DNA of 64,000 nucleotides from Candidatus Babeliales bacterium (GCA_963722255.1 CAVRJO010000001.1:81007-145006), one strand, 5' to 3'; positions 29,354 to 38,030 are shown, counted from the stretch's first letter. Notes: generated by a model from the sequence alone, not told the origin. Numbers and translations: made by a program.

Positions 29354-31363
29354 ATGAAATTTTATGATGTATTAAAACTATCGTTATTAATGATTTTTTG
29401 TGTTTTTTGTCATATCAGCTCACAACCATTCGAAGATACCATTGCACAACTATCTCTTATTAATGATTATGTAGAACTTACTTCTTTAACATCTACACAA
29501 TTAGGATCTAAACTCAAGGAGATACTAACGCAAATACTTGAACATCAAGACAATATCCCGGAAGAGATTAATCGATGTTATCAAGCGTTACATGAAAAAG
29601 CTCAATCAGTAAAAATTAACGATCTAATCATAACATTGATGTATAGTATTGATTATAAAGCACCAGGATTACTTTTACATAAAAGTCTACGTGCTCCTCG
29701 CCCCAATGCATCTCAAAATAACAATTCAGTAGTAGGGCCAATAATTAACTGTGATCTTCATCAGCTCACTGAGCTGCTTGAATTTTTGCGAATTTTAATA
29801 ACGCTTTGTTGCGAACAATTAGAACAGGATTTTAACATTCTTTTTAGTGATTTAACTACCATACTAAATAATCTCAACACCTACTGCATTTTAATAACAG
29901 CTACGTCCGATTTTCAGGGTACATTTACCACAATTCAAGATATAAAAAATACCCTGACCACATGTTGTGCAAACATTACCCTTGATTTTGAAGCTACCTG
30001 GACTAGTATCTTTGCTGGCTTTGCAACAACTTTTACTGAGATTTCAGATATAAAAAATACATTTACGATCTGTTGTGATGAAATTCAACAAAATTTTCAA
30101 GGAACATTTACAGCATTACATAGTTTAAGCACAACAAATACCTGCATATCTCCCTGTGGCGCAGTTCCTATTACACAATCTACTATTATTACCGTCTCAG
30201 GTTCTTACTGCCTTTCTAAGGATATTGCTGGTCCAATAACTGTTAATGCAAATAATGTAACATTAGATTTAAATAATCATACCGTTTCAGGTTCAGGTGC
30301 AGGCAGTGGTGCGGGCATTATACTTAATGCTGGATCTAACAGGTTAATTAAAAATGGACGTATTGAAAATTTTGATACCGCAATTTTTAGTACAAACAAT
30401 GTCACAACTGCGTTATTAAACATTGTTATTAACACCTGCTTTATTGAAGGAATAACAATCAATAATGGAACCGATATTCATTTGGATTCACTCGTAATAA
30501 CAAGTATTATTGGTATCGGAGTTCATTTGACAGGAATTAACAATGCATATCTTATAAAAAATGTTTTAATTAACTTGGCAGAGCAAGGATTTATTTTTGA
30601 TACTATTTCTAATAGTCTGATACAAAATTGTGAAGTTACTGATTGTAACTCTCCTCTTTCGACACAAGGTTATGCAGTTAATGCTGGAAGCTTTAATCAA
30701 TTTGATAATTGCTCAGCTAAAAATCTTGTTTCAATAATTAAGTCAGTAGGTTTTTTCTTATTAAATAGCAACAATACCATACTCACAGACTGTACTGTTG
30801 AGAATATGATTACTAACGTTGGAGCCTCTGCCGAAGGTTTTGAATGTAATACTCTCTCAAGCGATAATGAATTATTACATTGTTCAGTTTTAAATGTTAA
30901 TGCTCCCGTTTTCACCGCTGGATTCGCTTTAGAAGGTACTGCTATTACAGCAATCGATTGTCTTACACAATCCTGTTTTACCTCTGATTTTAATGGTAAT
31001 GGCTTTGTGTGTACTGGTTCAAATATAGCATTAACAGATTGCCAGGCATTTAACTGTCAATCTGTTGGATTTAACATAACATCAACAAATATTACGCTGC
31101 AATTTTGCCAAAGTGCTTATAATGATACTGGGTTCTTGATTAACAATCCTAATGTTCTTATTGGCAATTCAGTTGCAGTAAATAATGGCTCCATTGGTTT
31201 TAATAGTAACTTTTTAACTCTAGCACTCTATCATTGTTTTGCTTCTCAAAATGGAATCAATAATTATGTTGGTATTCCTAATGTTCAAAATGCAAATACC
31301 CAGGTAAATAATACAGCACCAGGACTTACAGGACCTTTTGCAGGAGCTAATCTCTTTATCTAA
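29354..31363 (+). CDS. secreted Cys-doublet-repeat / beta-helix-like protein, paralog 4
   Basis: Start moved to the Met preceded by AAGGAG (MKFYDVLKLSLLMIFCVFCHISS); same architecture; tail NANTQVNNTAPGLTGPFAGANLFI. Confidence 0.7.
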   Translation: MKFYDVLKLSLLMIFCVFCHISSQPFEDTIAQLSLINDYVELTSLTSTQLGSKLKEILTQILEHQDNIPEEINRCYQALHEKAQSVKINDLIITLMYSIDYKAPGLLLHKSLRAPRPNASQNNNSVVGPIINCDLHQLTELLEFLRILITLCCEQLEQDFNILFSDLTTILNNLNTYCILITATSDFQGTFTTIQDIKNTLTTCCANITLDFEATWTSIFAGFATTFTEISDIKNTFTICCDEIQQNFQGTFTALHSLSTTNTCISPCGAVPITQSTIITVSGSYCLSKDIAGPITVNANNVTLDLNNHTVSGSGAGSGAGIILNAGSNRLIKNGRIENFDTAIFSTNNVTTALLNIVINTCFIEGITINNGTDIHLDSLVITSIIGIGVHLTGINNAYLIKNVLINLAEQGFIFDTISNSLIQNCEVTDCNSPLSTQGYAVNAGSFNQFDNCSAKNLVSIIKSVGFFLLNSNNTILTDCTVENMITNVGASAEGFECNTLSSDNELLHCSVLNVNAPVFTAGFALEGTAITAIDCLTQSCFTSDFNGNGFVCTGSNIALTDCQAFNCQSVGFNITSTNITLQFCQSAYNDTGFLINNPNVLIGNSVAVNNGSIGFNSNFLTLALYHCFASQNGINNYVGIPNVQNANTQVNNTAPGLTGPFAGANLFI

Positions 31364-31520
31364 CAATATAAGTAAAGCTCCATTTTTGGTTTTAAATAAA
31401 ATAAAAAATGGAGCTTCTTAAGTTAAAAATTAATTTTTATAATAATTTGCATGCCCTAACACACGATTGTCAAAAGATTTGCACATTTTACTTCAAAGAA
31501 GTATTATTCTTATTAATGTA

Positions 31521-31570
31521 AGTTTGACAAATTAAACACTATGTCATCACGAGGAACGAAGTTCCGTGGT
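31521..31570. repeat. half-copy (B) of the 1417..1519 palindromic element, inverted, abutting direct repeat copy 2
   Basis: Reverse complement of 31521-31570 matches 1470-1519 (cactgggtcaccacgg...cctcgtgatgacatagtgtttaat). Confidence 0.55.
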
Positions 31571-31584
31571 GACCCAGTGAAAAA

Positions 31585-31640
31585 ATTCCGGAATATTTTT
31601 ATGAATAACTCCTCCAAAATTTTCACTTTCCTCTGTGGAC
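31585..31640 (+). repeat. direct repeat copy 2 (the true 5' end of the SPFH gene)
   Basis: See copy 1 at 23365..23420. Confidence 0.7.
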
Positions 31641-32401
31641 TCATAATTTTTATTGTTATAGGTCTTTTGCCGTTAAGTTTTTACATAATAAATCCCGGGC
31701 ATACAGCCATTCAACTGCGATTAGGCAAAGTTATAGGAACACAATCTATTTCAGGTTTTTATTATAAATTTCCTTTGATTGACAACATTGTTATCATCAA
31801 TACACAAATTAATAAGGCCGCGATAGAAACAACGGGTATGTCACGAGATTTACAAACGGTATCAGTTGGCATGGTCATTAACTATAGAATCAGTGATGTT
31901 CTTAAATTGTATCAAGAAATTGGGACGAATTTTGAACGAGTGATTATTGATCCTTTCACACAAGAAAGCGTAAAAGCGGTTATTGCTAAATTTACCGCAG
32001 AAGATCTTATTCAAAGCAGACATGAAGCAAAAGAGAAAGTTATTCAAGAACTACAAGATCGTTTAGCGCCCCGCTATTTACAATTAGTTGATTTTAACTT
32101 TATTCATCTTGATTTCTCTCCAGATTTTATTAGAGCAGTTGAAGAAAAACAGATTGCAGAACAAAGTGCCAAAACCGCTAAAAATTTAACAGCAAAAGTA
32201 CAAGAAGAAGCGCTGCAAACCCGCACAAGAGCTGAAGCAGAAGCATATACGTTACGTATTAAAAAAGAATCGGTAACAAAAGAGCTTATTGCTTTGCAAC
32301 AAGTTGAAATTCAATTAAAAGCAATTGAAAAATGGAATGGTGTTCTTCCCCGCGTTAATGGAGGTGCAATGCCATTTCTTTCACTGACAGATAATCAATA
32401 A
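31601..32401 (+). CDS. SPFH/band-7 domain protein (prohibitin/HflC-like)
   Basis: N-terminal TM then SPFH domain (...FYYKFPLIDNIVIINTQI...DLIQSRHEAKEKV...); start set to ATG 31601 (MNNSSKIFTFLCGL...) because the ORF-track start 31541 runs through the palindromic repeat fragment. Confidence 0.75.
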   Translation: MNNSSKIFTFLCGLIIFIVIGLLPLSFYIINPGHTAIQLRLGKVIGTQSISGFYYKFPLIDNIVIINTQINKAAIETTGMSRDLQTVSVGMVINYRISDVLKLYQEIGTNFERVIIDPFTQESVKAVIAKFTAEDLIQSRHEAKEKVIQELQDRLAPRYLQLVDFNFIHLDFSPDFIRAVEEKQIAEQSAKTAKNLTAKVQEEALQTRTRAEAEAYTLRIKKESVTKELIALQQVEIQLKAIEKWNGVLPRVNGGAMPFLSLTDNQ

Positions 32402-32418
32402 AAATTATAGGATGTAGA

Positions 32419-32844
32419 TTAAATAGTATTAATGTCAATGACAATTCGCTCTAATAATTTTAACGTTATAAAATATTCACCAATACGTGCACATGATTCT
32501 CTTGCAGTTTCTTCATTATAGTCATGTGTTGTAGCATTTCTTGCTTCAGAAATATCTAATAACTTTTTAGTCTCGTCTTCATTTATTATTTTTAAAACAA
32601 AACATTCACGAAAAATTGCTTTTGGCGATGCGAGCTCAATAGAATAAAATTTTTTAATATATTGCTGAAGAAATTTCCAAGACATTTCATAGCACATCTC
32701 AAAATGTTTTACCAATGAAGCAACTGAATTTTCCAGCTCATCCGTTTCTGCGCCCGAACTATATTTAAGTGAAAACTTTAAGCTACGTTCCAATGCATTT
32801 AAAGATTTTAAAAATTTTTGATGTGCCGATACTAACTTTTCCAC
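32419..32844 (-). CDS. hepT: HepT-like HEPN-domain toxin (HI0074 'nucleotidyltransferase substrate-binding' family)
   Basis: 141 aa all-helical; Rx4HxY HEPN motif RNATTHDY near the C-terminus; genetically coupled to the MNT gene. Confidence 0.75.
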   Translation of the reverse strand: MEKLVSAHQKFLKSLNALERSLKFSLKYSSGAETDELENSVASLVKHFEMCYEMSWKFLQQYIKKFYSIELASPKAIFRECFVLKIINEDETKKLLDISEARNATTHDYNEETARESCARIGEYFITLKLLERIVIDINTI

Positions 32845-33113
32845 AAAATGCCTTCTTTCAAGATATTTTCTTTTAATGCATCAGGGACTCTGTTAAAGTC
32901 AACAACGTCGACCTTCTGTGGGATATTAAGTGCATCAATCATGCTAACGATTTGGCCTTTTTGCGTCATAGATATAGGATTTTTTGCATCTATAGCTATA
33001 TCTATGTCGGAAGTTTCAGAATTGTCCCCACGAGCACGTGATCCAAAGAGATAGACTTTTGCTTCAGGAAAAAATATTTCAATAACTTTAATAATTTGTT
33101 CTTTATTTGGCAT
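32832..33113 (-). CDS. mntA: MntA-like minimal nucleotidyltransferase (antitoxin of HepT/MntA toxin-antitoxin pair)
   Basis: 93 aa; nucleotidyltransferase motif YLFGSRARGD...SDIDIAID; overlaps the downstream HEPN gene by 13 nt. Confidence 0.8.
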   Translation of the reverse strand: MPNKEQIIKVIEIFFPEAKVYLFGSRARGDNSETSDIDIAIDAKNPISMTQKGQIVSMIDALNIPQKVDVVDFNRVPDALKENILKEGILWKS

Positions 33114-33211
33114 ATTTTTTTTCTAACTAACTTGTTAAATTACGAATCATTATATTTTATCAAAATTTTTATCTAAGCACCATGATAAATAACTTTGAAT
33201 AAAAGTAACAA

Positions 33212-33772
33212 TTATTGAGCTCCCGCTTTCTTAAGCATCTCAACGAGTTCTGCATCACCTTTTTCTTCTGCCAGTTTTAATGCAACATCACCTGCATAAA
33301 ACTTAACTCCTGCATCAATAAGTAATTCAACCAATTCTTTACGATTCTTATCGATAGCATCCCGAAGCATTTTTCGTAATGTAACTTTTGTTAATCTCAC
33401 CTGGCATGCATGAACATCTCCCACATCACATGACCAATAAATACTCCTGTACTTTTGCAAATCATCGTTATTAAAAACTCCAGCATGCAATAGATTAACC
33501 TGCGGGTTATTAAGCAAGCTAATTAATAGTTTCTTTTCAGATATTGAACAATCTACACAACCTAAAATTTTCTTAATTTTTTCAGCAAGTTTGAGAACAT
33601 CTTCATCTACCTCTTTACCTTGAGCAATATCCCAGGCTTTGACAAATTGCGGTGAAGCATCTTTAACGTCTAAATACGTTTCAAGAGAAGTTTCACTTTG
33701 TTCTGCTGCATACACAGTAGTTAGAAAAACACAGCATCCTACGATTATTATTTGCTTTAAACTCTTCATCAT
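33212..33772 (-). CDS. hypothetical secreted protein with C-terminal ankyrin-like repeats
   Basis: Signal peptide MMKSLKQIIIVGCCVFLTTVYAA; C-terminal ...ELVELLIDAGVKF...DAELVEMLKKAGA resembles ANK helices. Confidence 0.4.
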   Translation of the reverse strand: MMKSLKQIIIVGCCVFLTTVYAAEQSETSLETYLDVKDASPQFVKAWDIAQGKEVDEDVLKLAEKIKKILGCVDCSISEKKLLISLLNNPQVNLLHAGVFNNDDLQKYRSIYWSCDVGDVHACQVRLTKVTLRKMLRDAIDKNRKELVELLIDAGVKFYAGDVALKLAEEKGDAELVEMLKKAGAQ

Positions 33773-33960
33773 TTTCTCCTGATTGCATAAAACTAACTAT
33801 TAAATTCTATTCTTAAAAAATCATCTTTATCATTATCATAAACCATATATAGGTTCAAAATCAATAATATTTTATTTAAAACATTGCTATTTGAAAATAA
33901 TTTATGCCATACTTATAGTGTAGTATTTTATAATATGGATTATTTGAAAAAGGATACGCT

Positions 33961-34332
33961 ATGAAAAAGTATATCATTGTTGGCTTAATGCTTTTCACCT
34001 CTCTTTCACTAAACGCTGCCTCTAGTTTTGATACGTATAAAAATGAGATAGAGAACCAAATCAAAGTAGCTCACTCATATTTTGATCAAATTGAAAAACT
34101 TAAATCTACAACACCAGGACTCGCAATTTCCGGGGTAGCAGAACGCGCAAAAAATCAAAAAATCCATTCACTTGAAGTTGCAATACAAAAAGCCATAAAT
34201 AACGCCACCGATGCTTTGCAGATGATCAATAATTTGACCTTAACACCCGCCCAAAAAAGCTTAACAGAAAAACTAACTAAAGAAGTTGAGTTGTTACGGG
34301 AAAAAGCTCTTCCATTTGGTATTGATTTTTAA
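33961..34332 (+). CDS. small secreted coiled-coil protein (paralog pair, first member)
   Basis: Signal peptide MKKYIIVGLMLFTSLSLNAAS; AGGA SD; helical. Confidence 0.4.
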   Translation: MKKYIIVGLMLFTSLSLNAASSFDTYKNEIENQIKVAHSYFDQIEKLKSTTPGLAISGVAERAKNQKIHSLEVAIQKAINNATDALQMINNLTLTPAQKSLTEKLTKEVELLREKALPFGIDF

Positions 34333-34360
34333 CTACATTTGTTAAAAAAAGGAATTAATT

Positions 34361-34720
34361 ATGAAGAAATATATGATGTTAAGTATAATGCTCATCACTG
34401 CATTCTCATCACTTTATGCCGTTGAAATATTTCAATTCGTTTCTCAAGCAAGAAAAAAAATTAACGAAGGTGATAAAATAGCCAATCTCATCAACGTAAC
34501 AAACAATAGCTTAAAAAATACGGCGAATGCTCAAACAAGAAAAAATATAGCTAATAAAATTCAAAATTTACGAAAAAAAGCGTTATCTAATTATCAAGAA
34601 GCACTATCCTTTTTTGATGAAGCAAACAAGCTACCAGAATTAAATAAAAGCCAAAAAAACTTCATAGATAAGCAAAAAGAAGATATTGAAAAAAAAATAG
34701 ACACGCTTAACGTACTCTAA
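34361..34720 (+). CDS. small secreted coiled-coil protein (paralog pair, second member)
   Basis: Signal peptide MKKYMMLSIMLITAFSSLYA similar to the upstream gene; same size and charge pattern. Confidence 0.4.
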   Translation: MKKYMMLSIMLITAFSSLYAVEIFQFVSQARKKINEGDKIANLINVTNNSLKNTANAQTRKNIANKIQNLRKKALSNYQEALSFFDEANKLPELNKSQKNFIDKQKEDIEKKIDTLNVL

Positions 34721-34970
34721 AAAAATGTTATAGGTGATAATAGTATAAGCAGCAATAATTCTACAATTAGAAACATTGCTGCTTATATTTTATTTAGTTT
34801 CTTATATTGTCAATCCGCCTCACCAAAAATTATAAAATCGTTTACTACATTTAAATTAAAACCATTGGTTAAAGTCGCCGGGATTACAAGTTGCGAGTGA
34901 TAAATCGTCATTTACAATTACTGGTGTTTGCACAAAAGAACAAAATCCGCATAGCGAATTTTTATACCAA

Positions 34971-36092
34971 CTATTTTTTTAATTTTTTTGTTTTTTTATT
35001 TTGCGCTTCTAAAGCTTCACTTTTTTCAAGTTCAGCCTCAATTTCTTCTATAGTAGGCAAACTACTTTTAAACTCTTTGGGCAACTTATTCATAATTTCT
35101 GTTTCATATTCAGCAACACCAATTGGTTTCTTAATATCCCGTAATGCATACTCAGCGGTAAAATTCTTTTTCGTTTTACACAATAACAAGCCAATTGTTG
35201 GTTTATCGTACTCATCACGAACTAAATCATCGACGGCAGATAAATAGAAATTGAGCTGGCCAACATCTCGAGGATCAAATGCTCGTGCTTTTAATTCAAC
35301 CACAACGTAGCATTTTAGTTTTAGATGATAAAAAAGAAGATCAATATAATAATCATCACCATCTACTTCTAAATGATATTGCCGCCCCACCAATGAAAAA
35401 CCTTTACCCATTTCAAGAAGAAGCTGCTCAACATTATGGATAAGCCCTTCCTCTAGATCTCGTTCAATATGATCTTCATGTAAAGTAAGAAAATCAAAAA
35501 TATAAGGATCTTTAAATGATTGTTGCGCCATGGCAGAATGAGGTAAAGGTAATGTATGTTTAAAATTTGTTATCGCCTTTCCTTCTCTGCTAAAAAGATC
35601 AGACTTAATCCACGTTTCCAAAGCGCTTCTACTCCAGCCGCATTCTAAAGCTTTTTTTGCGTACCACAAGCGTTTTTCGATGGTTTTGACTTTCTCCAAG
35701 AGTACAGCATTATGACCCCAGGGAATAGTAAAAATAGGTAACTCTTCTAATTGTGCCACAGCTTGTGGCACAATTTCATAAGCCTTATAAAAAGCTAACA
35801 TTCTAAAGACATTACGCTTTGAAAAGCCTCCCATTCCAGAGCATAAATTTTGCAAATCATGCGCTAATTTTTCAAGAACACGAGCCCCCCAACCTTCTTT
35901 TTTCTGTTTTTCGACAATGAGCTTACCAATTGACCAATAAAGTTTAATAAGCTCTTTATTAACAGAAAGAATCGCGTTTACTTTTGATTGCTCAATTTGA
36001 CTCTTTATTTCCGCCAACGTTGATACATACTCTTTTGTAGAAATTGCTTCATCTTTTTTTAAGGTTGTTTTTTTTGCGCTATTTTTTTTCAT
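34971..36092 (-). CDS. YhcG-like DUF1016 protein with C-terminal PD-(D/E)xK nuclease fold
   Basis: N-terminus MKKNSAKKTT...KEYVSTLAEIKSQIEQSKVNAILSVNKELIKLYWSIGKLIVEKQK is typical of DUF1016/YhcG; C-terminal D...YYIDLLFYH...VVVELK matches the PD-(D/E)xK pattern. Confidence 0.65.
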   Translation of the reverse strand: MKKNSAKKTTLKKDEAISTKEYVSTLAEIKSQIEQSKVNAILSVNKELIKLYWSIGKLIVEKQKKEGWGARVLEKLAHDLQNLCSGMGGFSKRNVFRMLAFYKAYEIVPQAVAQLEELPIFTIPWGHNAVLLEKVKTIEKRLWYAKKALECGWSRSALETWIKSDLFSREGKAITNFKHTLPLPHSAMAQQSFKDPYIFDFLTLHEDHIERDLEEGLIHNVEQLLLEMGKGFSLVGRQYHLEVDGDDYYIDLLFYHLKLKCYVVVELKARAFDPRDVGQLNFYLSAVDDLVRDEYDKPTIGLLLCKTKKNFTAEYALRDIKKPIGVAEYETEIMNKLPKEFKSSLPTIEEIEAELEKSEALEAQNKKTKKLKK

Positions 36093-36270
36093 TGAATAAC
36101 TTTCAATAAAAGTAGATTCTAAATCTTAAAATTAACAAATTACTCTTCATACTACCCAGTTTCACTGTAAAGATAAATCTATCCTACTTTTCATAAAATA
36201 TTGGATTTATCCAACCCAGTTGGTATATATTGTATATACATTAAACAACTATTAAACTATAAAGTTACCT

Positions 36271-37290
36271 ATGATCGAATCATCAACAATAAACCTTTTA
36301 CTTCAGCAAGAATCTCCCGAAGAACAGTTACAGGCTTTTATTCCAAAGACATTTGATGATTATTTAGGCCAACATGAACTGAAAAAAAAGTTAGCAATCT
36401 ATACGCAAGCTGCTAAAATGCGCGGTGAGCCTTTAGATCATCTTTTATTATTTGGTCCTCCGGGCCTTGGCAAAACGACACTCTCACAAATTATGGCCCA
36501 AGTAATGAATGTCGGCATAAAAATCTGCAGTGGTCCCATGCTTGAACGTACGGGTGATTTAGTTGCATTGCTTTCAAGTTTAGAACCACGCGATATTTTT
36601 TTCATTGATGAAATTCACCGAATGCCCACTAATGTTGAAGAGGTTCTTTATAGCGCCATGGAACATTATCGTATTGACGTCATTATTGGGCAAGGCGTTG
36701 GAGCAAAATCAATCAATCTCCCTATTCACCCTTTTACCTTAATTGGCGCTACCACCAAAAGTGGTATGCTTTCGGCGCCCTTGCGAAGTAGATTTGGTAT
36801 TATAGAGCGCTTAGATTTTTATTCTGATGATGAACTTAAAGCGATAGTTTTACAAAATGCAGCATTTTTAAAGCTTAATCTTTCAGAAGCATCGGCTTTA
36901 CATATTGCTCGTTGTTCACGAGGAACACCTCGAACTGCAAAAAAAATTATTCGTAGAATCCGAGATTTTGCGCAAGTAACCAATGACAATAGCGCAACTG
37001 ATGCATTGGTACTTACTGCACTTGAGTTTTTAGGAATCGACCACGAAGGATTAAATACGCTCGATAACCTTCTTTTAAAAAAAATTGTTGAAAATTTTAA
37101 TGGTGGTCCCGTTGGTCTTGAAACCTTAGCAAGTTTAATCGGCGAGGACAAAGATACTATTGAAGAGGTGTACGAACCTTTTTTATTGCGTAAAGGATAT
37201 TTAGAAAAAACATCTCGCGGTCGACAGATTCCTGCTCTTATGTTACCCTTATTAAAAAGAAAATTTTTGGGTCAAAGCACCCTCTTGTAA
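36271..37290 (+). CDS. ruvB: Holliday junction branch migration helicase RuvB
   Basis: Walker A LLFGPPGLGKTTL; Walker B FIDEIHR; conserved RuvB C-terminal winged-helix region. Confidence 0.95.
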   Translation: MIESSTINLLLQQESPEEQLQAFIPKTFDDYLGQHELKKKLAIYTQAAKMRGEPLDHLLLFGPPGLGKTTLSQIMAQVMNVGIKICSGPMLERTGDLVALLSSLEPRDIFFIDEIHRMPTNVEEVLYSAMEHYRIDVIIGQGVGAKSINLPIHPFTLIGATTKSGMLSAPLRSRFGIIERLDFYSDDELKAIVLQNAAFLKLNLSEASALHIARCSRGTPRTAKKIIRRIRDFAQVTNDNSATDALVLTALEFLGIDHEGLNTLDNLLLKKIVENFNGGPVGLETLASLIGEDKDTIEEVYEPFLLRKGYLEKTSRGRQIPALMLPLLKRKFLGQSTLL

Positions 37291-37305
37291 CCACGTGGAG
37301 TTCAC

Positions 37306-38028
37306 ATGTCAGGACATTCAAAATGGGCAACCATTAAAAGAAAAAAAGCCGCAATAGATTCAAAACGCGGAAAAGAATTTACCAAATTAATTAAAGAAAT
37401 TACCGTTGCTGCTCGCTTAGGTGGTGGTGATGTTACCGCTAATTCCCGGCTACGTCTTCTTGTTGAAAAAGCAAAAGAGATAAATATGCCAATGGATAAT
37501 ACTCAGCGCGCCATAAAGCGCGGTACTGGCGAAATGCCCGGCGTTCATTATGAAGAACAAACCTATGAGGGATATGGCCCAAATAGCATAGCAATCGTTA
37601 TTGATACACTCACGGATAACAAAAACAGAACCGTTGCAGAACTTCGTAGATTATTCACCGTCCATGGTGGCTCATTAGCCGAAACTGGTTCTGTAAGTTG
37701 GATGTTCACACGCTTGGGTGTTGTTGAAGTCACTGGAGCACAGTCAGAAGATCAACTTCTTGAACTTTTAATGGATTTTGATGTGAAAGATATCAGTTCA
37801 TTAGATAATGTATGGACCATAATTTGTGATCCAAAATCATTAGAACCTATAAAAAAAGCTGTACATGACGCAGGAATGAAAGTTGAACGTGCTGAACTAG
37901 ATTTGGTTGCACAAAATTATGTAACCTTAACAGGTGACGAATATGAAAAGGCGACCGAATTTTTGGCAGAACTTGAAGACCATGATGATGTTCAAAATAT
38001 CTACACCAATCTAAAAAATGAAGGATAA
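37306..38028 (+). CDS. yebC: YebC/PmpR family transcriptional regulator
   Basis: MSGHSKWATIKRKKAAIDSKRGKEFTKLIKEI is a hallmark N-terminus; 240 aa. Confidence 0.9.
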   Translation: MSGHSKWATIKRKKAAIDSKRGKEFTKLIKEITVAARLGGGDVTANSRLRLLVEKAKEINMPMDNTQRAIKRGTGEMPGVHYEEQTYEGYGPNSIAIVIDTLTDNKNRTVAELRRLFTVHGGSLAETGSVSWMFTRLGVVEVTGAQSEDQLLELLMDFDVKDISSLDNVWTIICDPKSLEPIKKAVHDAGMKVERAELDLVAQNYVTLTGDEYEKATEFLAELEDHDDVQNIYTNLKNEG

Positions 38029-38030
38029 TA

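Noticed and set aside
25411-30915. Numerous 60-107-aa antisense and alternate-frame ORFs inside the beta-helix genes (e.g. 25822..26124, 28480..28803, 30697..30915)
   Set aside because: They are shadow ORFs produced by the repetitive, compositionally biased coding sequence on the other strand, with no start context.
23629-31363. Considered whether the tandem beta-helix proteins are chlamydial Pmp-type or other autotransporters
   Set aside because: The proteins are 577-688 aa with no ~250-300-aa C-terminal beta-barrel domain, there is no obvious enrichment of GGA[ILV]/FxxN tetrapeptides, and the conserved C-terminus is only ~30 aa.
31541-31600. ORF-track start codon 31541 for the SPFH gene (MSSRGTKFRGDPVKKFRNIF...)
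   Set aside because: These 20 codons are read through the inverted half-copy of the palindromic repeat. The conserved direct repeat and the paralogous pseudo-start at 23380 both indicate ATG 31601 as the true start.
36819-37151. 110-aa ORF antisense to ruvB; similar antisense ORFs in mutS, uvrA and dnaE
   Set aside because: Embedded in highly conserved housekeeping genes on the opposite strand, so spurious.
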